A DNA stretch of 63,745 bases, counting the filler, from Bigelowiella natans CCMP2755 (taxonomy: Eukaryota > Protista > Cercozoa), in the NCBI GenBank assembly GCA_000320545.1. It is 4 parts of 4 records of this genome, joined end to end, with 100 filler letters (N's around TTAATTAATTAA, not from the genome) between each part and the next. Parts side by side here need not be neighbours in the genome. Positions count along the whole stretch, not along the records: positions 45,319 to 61,822 come from ADNK01000304.1; positions 61,923 to 63,745 come from ADNK01003145.1; 2 more parts are not named here. One strand, written 5' to 3'. The notes beneath the pieces are model-generated. The model saw nothing but the letters and a program-made list of their open reading frames with translations, ran no database searches and had not been told where the DNA came from. Every line of letters starts with the position of its first letter. Position 1 is the stretch's first letter. The translations under genes and the position numbers were made by a program. Shown here one piece after another: positions 53,951 through 63,745 of the stretch.

Positions 53951-55253
53951 CACATGTTTATGTTGTGTATGCTAATGAGAATATATTTTGCTGTAGTAAC
54001 AACCGTGTTTTGCTCTACAATTCTGTCTGTATCTGAGTCATAACCCTAACGATACGCACGAACGCGGTGATCAGGTAAAAACGCTCCCTGTTGTGCTCTC
54101 TCATTCTCTCTTTATCAGACATAAAATAAATCAATATATTTTTTTAAAACACATACGGTGAATATGCGCGCAGGAGAGATATATAATCTAGCTCCTCATC
54201 ACCACTACTCTGTGAAGTTTGAAGGCTATGACAGTTGAAGGTGTCATCGATATAAGCGCTCACACATTATGTTTCAGAGGAAAGAAGGTCCTGCTAAGTT
54301 GACCTCGAGCGGACTTCCCAATGGGATTCGCGACCGCGTTCTTGTCGTATAATACGGGTGCCGACTCATCGTGTCCTTCTGTGGGAGAGGCCGCACAGAA
54401 CACGCAAAACCAAAAGCAGGTGTTAATACATGCATGCAAGGCGTGCGTGGTGCCCATAGCTATCGCCCCCCTAATAGACTTTACGGCTTTCTTCTCTTTT
54501 CACGTCAAGCTCATTTGGCACATGAGGTCACCCACGTCTACCAATATCTACTACATAAGAGCACAACCTCCATGAAGAACCCGAGTTTTAGCCGGCCAGC
54601 AAGCGTATTTAGCGATGTGTATAAACCGTGAGCGGTTGCATTCACGTACCTTCGGTGCAGGATGTTGCAAGAGTAGTTTGGTGATTGATTCGTAAGCTCT
54701 CACACAAAACCACACACACACACACGCGCGCGCGCAGCTTTGCAAACCAACACACCGCCCACCATCACCGTCCACAGCAACATGTACCCTTCGTCGAGCA
54801 GAGGGCAGGTATTGTTGAGAGAATAACCATAGAATAAGTACGTTACAGTCCCTGAAATGAGCCAGCAGCAACGGGGGGATGGGGAGAGAAAATATAAATA
54901 CTGACACTACATGATATGGGAGAGTTAATGTGCGCTTCAGACGACATCGTGCACAAAAAAGGCACTGCACAAGCGCGAGCTTTGGGGCGGTTCGACCAAC
55001 CTGTGGGCACCGCACAGCCTGATGTCGTTGAATTTAGGAGGCAGTAGTCTGGGTAGCTTGAAATGGAGAGATATGTCATCTCCGCTCGGCATATTTTTTG
55101 CACGTTTTCAGCCGTAAATATAGACTCGTCCCTAATAAGCACCAAAATAACCCGCATAATTTAAACTACTCGCCACAACAATAGGACCGCGACAAAGGCA
55201 AGAGTTTACAAAATTGGAGTGCTCTCTCCCTTCCTTTTCCCCTGCTGCTGCTG

Positions 55254-55315
<62 letters not shown>

Positions 55316-55728
55316 TCTTACTCACTTGTTCGAGGAGAACGTGTACCACATTGTCGCTGACGACTGTTCGCTAGTCTGAGAACTCTGAAGAAGCAGCACG
55401 GTGGGAGAAATCAAGGTGTGCAAATCGAAGTTGCGGCATGTTTGCGAGCATAAAATGAACACGCTCAAGTATAATTTTTCACTTATTCTTTAGTGATAGA
55501 AGGGATGGGGGCGTCCTGTACATTAGCTGCGTCGCCACGCGCTTGGCCCTCCGCCAAGAGAAGTGCTTCATAGTTTTCAGAAGCCCTGCCATCGCTTATC
55601 ACCTTCAAATAGAAGCCAAACAAAATAAGTCTTAAAGACCATCTACTATCTTGGTTTGGAATCTGGAAACGTGCGCGTACATCTCAACAGTGCAACCAGC
55701 ACACTCATATGCTTATGTTTGTGTGTGT

Positions 55729-55768
<40 letters not shown>

Positions 55769-55910
55769 TGTGCATCTGCATCGGCGGAAAGTTGTGCACA
55801 AAGTTTCTTCTACCCAGTCATAAATTGAGTAGTCCGAGAGTGTGTACGAGTTCGTGACAGCACCTCCCAATACAATGCTGCGAGGTTATGTTGCAGGAGG
55901 AAATTTCTAT

Positions 55911-55959
<49 letters not shown>

Positions 55960-56322
55960 TGTGCGTGTATTTGTTTATGGTGATGACGGTGGGTTGCACA
56001 CGTGAATTAGAATGTATGATCTCTGGCAATTTTTGAAAAAAGATGGTTACATCAGCAAGAATGCCAGCGTGGTGGAGAGAAACTTTATAGGATGCTTCGC
56101 CTGTTGAATCGATAATGAGAGACCGGGATAATAGGAGGGTAAAGAGAAGAAGAGATTCAGAGGCACTCTCAATTCAGAGATTCGCCGGTCACCCTATCAC
56201 TTTTCTCTGGCCTTTGCCATTCTCCAGTACCGTACCAGTAAGCGTGTAGTGCAGTTTGTGCATCTTTCCCCGTACGACGTAGATCCAGATTCCTCTTGGT
56301 GTTGATGCTCAACCGTAGACAT
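45626..56322 (-). CDS. Dispatched/Patched-like RND superfamily sterol-sensing-domain membrane protein, many exons, 3' truncated at linker
   Basis: Exons translate to HPIKFL (before TM1), IFTAENVQKICRAE..YPDYCL, IYRQIYVIPYFTELHSLTIFIVLG|IGADDVFVFVD (RND GxxxDD motif), TSFTTMVAFFATAISPIMP|ISTFGILAATAIL|VNYLMVIT, GIDRPGFNKYKPDDNRGHPVFD, MLSTSNVIVSMLAVISIG. Probable ATG at 56322. Confidence 0.85.
51361..51472. repeat. (CGTGTG)n hexanucleotide microsatellite, about 18 copies, intronic
   Basis: Pure run directly visible. Confidence 0.95.
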
Positions 56323-57235
56323 GCTTTTACTGCACGCAATGTCGCCCAAAGGCCTGAGATGAGGGGGCTACTCGCTGCGAAGAGAGTTGGAAGCGAACGG
56401 GGTTCGTAACGCCATTGGCCGACTGGCTGGTACTGTTTTCGTGGACACTATATCTCATTGGAAAACCCAGAGACATTTTGCCCTGCGACAACAATTATTT
56501 CAGCGCCTTGTTTACCGTGTGAACTTGATCAGAAAATCCATGGAAATGCATCACCACCTGCATCCAAGCTACGTTGGAGACGTCGACTGAGTGGGCGATA
56601 TATCTCGAAAATCCCCGATACTTACGTGTTCTACAAATAAAATGAATGCTTTTGTGGAAAAATTTCAGGAGAAAGCTCCAAACTTCCCAAAAATCCAAAG
56701 CAGAGGCGGTTCTGAGCCGATCCGAAAAAACATATCTGGTGAAAACGGGCGATGAGGTGCGATGAGTTGTGTACATCGAAGAATACAAGGCGTTTTCGGC
56801 AATTATTTACTAAGATCTTCCATTGTCGTTTTTAAAGCAATGCTCTTGTGATATCATGTGTTGCGTCTTGTGTAAGGGCGCTTCTTTCAGTAAAACGAAT
56901 GCTATTACCCTAAAAAAGAGACTGGATTTTCACACTCTTTGGGCTGTTTTTGGCTGATTGCGTCCCGTCACGAGTGCTCTATCGGTCGACACTCCTCACG
57001 TCGAGACGAGGAGGAACAAGTACCACCACGAAGGGAGGAGGAGAAGCATTTCCTAACGGGGTCACACGCCGACGCGAGAAGACTTTAGGCGCTTACTTAA
57101 TTGATAGCTCCTCGCCTCAAAAGGGAATATTGTATACTGCCGCTCTAATCCGCGCACCCGCCTCACCCCCTCCCCGTCCTTCCCGTGGATTCTGGCCTCC
57201 TGAACCCCCCCATCCTTGTCCATCACGCATCACCA

Positions 57236-57586
57236 ATGAGACGCAAAAGCCAGAACGAAATCGGTCGGCATTCCGCATTCCTAGCTATAGCGGCTTTTAC
57301 GTTTGCAATTGTGGACTCGCAGCTTCTGAACCTGCCGGCTTCCATTCCAAGACCGATCAAATCGATCATAGCCATGTCTTTCGTGACCATGGGGCTCAAC
57401 ATATATGACAAGGTCGAAGTCCCACTTTTTCTCTCTCCCGATCATTTTTTCCCTTAAATTTGCTTAAAGTTGTAGAGGTACTTCAATGAATGCCTGCTTT
57501 CTAGTACCACCGTTACTTTCAGCTATTGTTACCATGCTGTAACTCTACTTCTACTATTACTACTACTACAACTACTACTACTGTTT

Positions 57587-57629
<43 letters not shown>

Positions 57630-58125
57630 AAAGATTGCCTCCCGTCAAAAAGTCTGGGTTTATAAGAAATGCCGCGTCCCGGACCTAGTTCTGCATTTGA
57701 TGGAGGTTCTCGGCGGCTCCTTCGTCTCGTTGCTCTTCCAACGTGCTACCAAGCATAAGTGTGCTTCTGCGTACCGACAGGTAGGCTCGCCTATGTTAGC
57801 TTGCGTGTTTTCCCATTTCCCTCCCCCTCGTTCTTCACTCACCCGCTCGACCCTTTCCTCCTCCCCCCCCCCCCCCCTCGACTCTATAACTCAGATCCAA
57901 GTCGCGATAATAGCAGTGCAGCTGTTAGTGGGCGTCATGTACCTCGTCGACCCAGAGATCCCGCCGTTCGCTCTGTGGGCCGAAGCACAGGCACTAGGAA
58001 ACTCCAGCAGCAGCAGCAGCAGCAGCAGCAGTATCGGTAGCTATGAGAGCTATCAAGCTGGGCTTGGCGCTTCCCCCGTAGTGACGGCACTGCCAATCTC
58101 CCTTGCCAATGCCAAGATTACATGA
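57236..58125 (+). CDS. DUF1294 (YsdA-like) small membrane protein
   Basis: Three phase-0 exons (57236-57412, 57634-57780, 57895-58125). NIYDK|IASRQK..RVPDLVLHLMEVLGGSFVSLLFQRATKHK fits the DUF1294 pattern DK..A....RIPE..LH....GG.......RHK. Confidence 0.75.
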
Positions 58126-58260
58126 TGTGATGAGCTGTGGAAGATTGAGGTGGCTTGTACAAAGTCCTCATCGTGGGATTTTCGAGCCCCTTTCACGGCG
58201 AGGGCCATTAGTTTGCTTTACGCTTTGTAGACTGACCATTTACTACCATACTTCAACATG

Positions 58261-58330
<70 letters not shown>

Positions 58331-58729
58331 TGTGTAAAGGCATACATGTATTTATATTAAATATAAATTGAGAAGTGAGTATTGCAAATGTATATACATA
58401 TATATATATATATATATACATATATAAATATTTACGAAGACATTGAAAAGGAGATCATCAGATTAGAATTTAATGAGAACAAGCATGCCGAGAAACTTGG
58501 TGCAGGTCTTCTTCACTATTCTTAAATCAGCATGGAAGTGCCTGATGATGGCATATACCATATGCTAAATGCAAAGGAGGGGTCGATGAACGCTCTTATC
58601 GAAGATCATAATACATGCGCATGTACACTAGTTGAGGTGGTGATGACAGCCTTCAAATCAACACAATAATGCTAGAATGCCGATAGCCAATAAGGCATCA
58701 ATTTACAATTGAAGCAACATTACCATACA

Positions 58730-58999
58730 TGAGACGGATAATGTAATGAAATAATTACATTTTTTTCAATATTCATCCAAATGTAGCCGCTAGATGCAAA
58801 GCGGCGGCTACAGAGCTAATTTACCATATGAGACGGACGCAATGACTTATAAATCTTTCCGTATACAGCAACATTGCATCCGTCTCATCATCCAACATGC
58901 AACAACGATGCAATAATAATAATATTGAGGCTGCCTTGCATACCTACATTAGGATGACTACATTGGAAAGATTTAATCATTTCATTACACCTTGTCTCA
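58730..58999. mobile_element. Foldback / MITE-like element with nested inverted repeats
   Basis: Outer imperfect ~57-bp arms 58730-58786 and 58944-58999. Inner arms 58828-58844 and 58872-58888 (16/17 match). 9-bp stem TGTAGCCGC/GCGGCTACA at 58782-58812. Confidence 0.65.
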
Positions 59000-59742
59000 A
59001 AAGTAGCATAGGCAAACGAAATAATTGCTAACTAGCTAAGCTGTATCATCATTGATGACCCACAGAGTATCCGGCAAATAATATAATTTTAAGTTTCATG
59101 CTCTTGGTCTGGCACTATTGTTGGCGCAACATCTAGACATATGTACAGCCTGCGCGAGCGTGCATGTGCTTAGCTAGCTGCGCATAGCTAGATGCTTACA
59201 AGTGTGTATACCAACAGCTATACAGCAACTGCGCGATTTTTTGGTTCACGCTACCTGCTAGCCTACCTAGCTACTGCTGCTGCTGGCGTACGCGTAACAA
59301 TGTGCATGCGCTTGCCGTGACGCATGTAGACATTAGACAAACAAATAGAAAATACCCTCTTTGGCTATGTATGTGCCATACGTGCGTGTCTGCACATCCA
59401 GGCATGTCGCCTCGTTGTAGACATTATTACCATTCACATGTATGGACCAAATATGTATATTAATGCCTTTAGAGAGAGTTTTGAGAATCATAACGAGAAG
59501 ATGATGGTGATGATGATGGTGTAAGATCATTACTATTACTACTAATATTATTACAACAACCCACACTACTGCTGCTGCTACTACTACTACTACTACTACT
59601 ATCTACAGCGCTGTATAGCTTGCTTGACGACGCGCTGCCCTCAGCATCACAGTAGCTTTAGAATGCCTAACATCTAAAAAATATCCTGCACTCGTATCGC
59701 TCGGACGACCCGCCACTAATAATTAACCCTTTCCACCAGGAT

Positions 59743-61399
59743 TTACTTCCCGCCGGACTTCTGCGCCGCTTGCTGGCGCTTCATGGCCTCCTCACGCTTC
59801 GCTGCCTTTGCCTCCTGCTCGGATCTGTACTTCTTTCTCAACCGAATGCTCTCGGGGGTGATCTCCACCAGCTCGTCATCCTGAATCCACACAATCGCCT
59901 CCTCGAGAGAGAATTTCTTGGGCGGGGTGAGGATGATGGCGTCGTCGCTCCCGGAGGCGCGCATGTTGGTGAGCTTCTTCCCCTTGACGGGGTTCACCGT
60001 CATGTCCTCGTCGCGCGTGTTGATGCCGACGATCATGCCCTCGTACACGTCCTCCGCGGGGTCGACCACCATCGTTCCCCTGGCCTGCAGCCCGAACAGC
60101 GCAAACGCCGAGGACTTGCCATCCACCATGGATACGAGAGCGCCGTTTTTCCGTGTGCGATCGAGGCCCGCTGCGTCCTGCCACGGCCCATAGTGGCTGA
60201 AGACGTTGGTCATAATGCCGGAACCCTTGGTCAGCGTCAGGAACGTCTGTCGGAAGCCGATCAGCCCGCGCGCCGGGATCTCAAACTCCATGCGCACGCG
60301 GCCGTTCATGCCGGGCTCGAGGTTCTTCATGTCCGCCTTCTTGGGGCCGAGGACCTCCATGATGGACCCTTGGTGCTCCTCCTGGCACTCGATGACGAGC
60401 GACTCGTACGGTTCCTGCCTCTTCCCGTTCTCGTCCTCCTTGATGATGACGCTGGGGCGCGACACGGCCATCTCGTAGCCCTCCCTTCTCATGGTCTCCA
60501 GCAGGACGGAGAGGTGCAGCTCCCCGCGCCCGGAGACCTTGAAGGCTGCCCCCTGGGGCTCGACCCGCAGGGCGACGTTCTTGATGAGCTCGGTCTTGAG
60601 CCTGTCTTGGATCTGCCTCGACGTCACGTACTTTCCGACCTTTCCAGCGAAGGGCGAGTCGTTGACCTGGAACACCATGGACACCGTCGGCTCATCAACG
60701 GCAAGAGGGGGAAGCCCCTCCACACCCTCGGGGTCGCAGATCGTGTCGGAGATGAGCGGCCTCTCGATCCCGGTGAGGCAGACGATGTCACCCGCCTGGG
60801 CGGTGTTGATCTCCACGCGGTCAAGCCCGTTGTAGCCGAAGACCTGCAGAATGCGAGCGCTCTGGGTGCTGCCGTCGGAAGAGACGACCTTCACGTTAGA
60901 GTTGCTCTTGAGGCGGCCTCGCTTCACACGCCCGATGGCGATGGCGCCCTGGAAGGTGTTGTAGTCGAGGTTCGTCACCTGCATCTGGAACGGCCCGTCC
61001 AGGTCGACCTGGGGGGGGGGGACCACGTCGACGATGGTCTGGAACAGGGGCGTCATGTCGGCCGCGAGCTCGTCCTCCTCGAGGCCCGCCACGCCGTTGA
61101 ACCCGCTCGCGTAGACGATGGGGAAGTCCATCTGCTCATCGGAGGCGCCGAGCTCGTCAAACAGGTCAAACACCTGCCCGAGCACCCAATCGGGGCGCGC
61201 GCCATCACGATCGATCTTGTTGACGACGACGATGGGGTTGAGCCCGGCTTCAAACGCCTTTCGCGTCACGAAGCGCGTCTGCGGCATGGGCCCCTCCACG
61301 GCATCTACGAGCAGGAGGACGGAGTCGACCATGGACATGACGCGCTCGACTTCGCCGCCGAAGTCAGCGTGACCCGGGGTGTCCACGATGTTGATGCTG

Positions 61400-61439
<40 letters not shown>

Positions 61440-61690
61440 ATGTTGTGGGTGTTTAATGAGCATCGGATATCGATCATCAGAATGGAGGGGAAATAGACAA
61501 CGAGTGCACGGGAAGTAACAAAGTGTTTTCGCAGCGACATGTGGGCGGGCTTCTTCTGGCAGCTGGGCAAAGCCCGATGACTGCCTATTTCAACGCATCA
61601 AACTACTACTACCATTACTCTCCCTTACCGGTATCCATTCCACTTGATCGCGGTGTTCTTCGACGTGATGGTGATCCCACGTTCCCGCTC
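59743..61690 (-). CDS. typA: Translational GTPase TypA/BipA, 5' truncated at linker
   Basis: Exon 61690-61629 ([21 protein letters not shown]) joins exon 61396-59743 ([56 protein letters not shown]). The G1 exon is missing. Confidence 0.96.
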
Positions 61691-61822
61691 CTATGAAATC
61701 CGGAGGGGGGGGGGGGGGGGGGGGAGAAAAACCAAACGTATGGCACAACACAACCAAGTATGTGGGGGCAGGGGGGATCAGAAGATTTCGCGTTTTCCCC
61801 CGTGAGAGAACAACAAATTTTT

Positions 61823-61922
61823 NNNNNNNNNNNNNNNNNNNNNNNNNNNNNNNNNNNNNNNNNNNNTTAATTAATTAANNNNNNNNNNNNNNNNNNNNNN
61901 NNNNNNNNNNNNNNNNNNNNNN
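61823..61922. other. Artificial contig linker
   Basis: 44 N + TTAATTAATTAA + 44 N. Confidence 0.97.
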
Positions 61923-62107
61923 TCACACCGCAGATCCTATCTTTGCCAGTGCTTGTATCCACAAGGGATCGACAGCCGCGACATCTTGTGGGATCTCCGT
62001 TGTCATCTGAATATATTAACTCGAAAGATAGAGCGGCACAACTTTAAGTAAGACTCCGTTATATACAAAGACACGATGCTGTGACCGAGAGGTTGGGAGG
62101 GGGAGGG

Positions 62108-62157
<50 letters not shown>

Positions 62158-62377
62158 AAGAGAAAGAGAGAGAGAGAAAGAGAAAGAGGGAGAGAGAGAG
62201 AGAGAGAGGCAAGAAGAATAGATCGAATAGATTGAGCGCGTATTACTCGCACGGTGGTGACGCAGTATTCACCAATAACCGACTTTCACAAAACCATCGC
62301 GACTCATTACAACCCACACTTCCAGAACTGCGAGACACACACGCCGCGGCACGCTGCTCGCTCGTTGGTGATGGCGC

Positions 62378-62410
<33 letters not shown>

Positions 62411-63142
62411 TTGCAAGCTGCGTGATATTATGATCCGCCGCAAATGCGAAAGCTTTCATTGCAGTTGGATTCCTCTGCCAATCAATAGATGTGCTATTTA
62501 CCTTAACAAAGAGGTCATGGGGAAAATTCTCTAGAAACGTGCTTGGCTCTATTCCTCCTAGCTTGTCCAGTACCACAGGCCTTCCTGCGCACCGGGGGGG
62601 TGGGGAGGGGGAGGGATAAGTGCTTACTGAGCTATGTGCGAGATTTGTGGAAAATGCAATAGTGTATAGGTTATTGATTATATGGATGATATTGTTATTT
62701 GTCATTAATATATTACGTGTTTTTTCTCTAACATCTCCACTCCATCCTTACCCCTCACCCCCCTCTCCTCTCTCTCTCTCTCTCTTTCTCTCTCTCACTC
62801 TCTCTTTCTCTCTTTCAGTTTATCACATAGAAAGCATATAGATACTATATACAGTACCATCAGATGAAATCGTCAGTACTACTACTACTACTGCTGCTAT
62901 TACAATTGCGATTACTACCACGTACATCTACAACACAAACTGCATTGAAAAAAAACGATAAAGCACACGTTTTTGGCTATAACCCCACCCTCTTTATCAA
63001 CGCCAACGATGCCTGATTTCCACTGCGACTCAAACTCTGAGAGGGGGGGGAGGGTGGGGGGGGGAGGGAGAGGAAATAGGTTGTATTCATACCTATATGT
63101 CTTTGTCTTTTATATTATTTAGATGATATCAATGCATTATAT

Positions 63143-63183
<41 letters not shown>

Positions 63184-63487
63184 GATACCTTTGCGCTTTG
63201 GAGGTGGCGTTTGCAGAAGACCTGCAGCACCGACCTCTCTTCTCCAGTATATCGTACTGTTTAGGTGCTCTGTCGCAGCCTGAGGGGGGTTGTCATTAAA
63301 GCAGCGTGGTGGTGGTGATGATGAGTGGAGCAGCTTGGGATGGAATCGTGGCGTTACGCAAAGTACTGACACCGGATTTTCAGTAGTGGCGGGTCCTACC
63401 GGCTGCGAAGAAGTACTTCCGACTTGAATCCCAACCGTTACCTGCTCCAGCATAATAAAGGATATGAATCACGTTCACGTAAACACA

Positions 63488-63566
<79 letters not shown>

Positions 63567-63745
63567 AGAGCCCCTCTGCTCAAGTTAGAAGATGTAGGTG
63601 GGCAGTCGCCCTTCAAGTCGAGGTGCAGAGGATTTGTGCCCACTCGATGCGTACCGGAAACTTGGCGGGAGGGTCATTGGCCAACTTGGGGAAAGAGGGG
63701 TAATCATCAGAGATTCTAACTGCCGCTGGCTTTATAGAGGAGCAC

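Noticed and set aside
59770-61518. 582-aa ORF on the + strand
   Set aside because: Antisense shadow of GC-rich typA. It has no motifs and runs on into (AT)n intron sequence.
7597-61690. Apparent cluster of plastid and redox genes (secA, SelO, MDAR, GUN4, typA)
   Set aside because: They lie on three contigs joined artificially, and genes are truncated at each join, so linkage across linkers cannot be claimed.
61923-63745. Possible exons after the last linker (for example SYLCQCLYPQGIDSRDILWDLRCHLNILTRK, VLPAAKKYFRLE), and the possibility that they are the typA 5' end
   Set aside because: No TypA G1 motif (AHVDHGKT) was found, and no consistent gene model or family could be built.
1-63745. 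Many short ORFs with poly-CV, HT, YI, S, ER or H tracts
   Set aside because: Translations of intronic microsatellites.
1-63745. tRNA, rRNA, snRNA or SECIS elements
   Set aside because: No convincing cloverleaf or conserved RNA motif seen by eye. The SelO 3' UTR falls in the gap. tRNAscan-SE or Infernal would be needed to exclude them.

Overview
Eukaryotic nuclear DNA, rich in introns and microsatellites, in four contigs joined by artificial 100-nt linkers (44 N + TTAATTAATTAA + 44 N). Adjacency across 18513-18612, 45219-45318 and 61823-61922 is therefore not established. Signal-peptide plus transit-peptide leaders on green-type plastid proteins (SecA, GUN4) suggest an alga with a secondary green plastid, most plausibly a chlorarachniophyte (inference). 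Genes assembled by hand from exons: MFSD5-type transporter (3' partial), DHHC palmitoyltransferase, plastid SecA, SelO/YdiU AMPylase (3' partial), monodehydroascorbate reductase-like flavoprotein (5' partial), a greatly extended GUN4, a bacterial-like secreted hypothetical protein, a CDPK, a low-complexity coiled-coil protein, a Dispatched/Patched-like RND protein (3' partial), a DUF1294 protein and a proteobacterial-looking TypA/BipA (5' partial). No rRNA, tRNA or CRISPR was seen. Main observations: (1) intergenic and transposon-derived islands where TpA is nearly absent outside CTAG and CTAG is strongly enriched, possibly an undescribed repeat-directed mutation process opposite in direction to fungal RIP; (2) a 411-bp CAC-terminal MITE with a 3-bp TSD, and a separate nested foldback element; (3) a GUN4 with a CxxC-x3-CxxC insertion and an EPDxDxE repeat; (4) a recurrent (CC)TGCGACAAC element upstream of most start codons. 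All counts and exon boundaries are manual.
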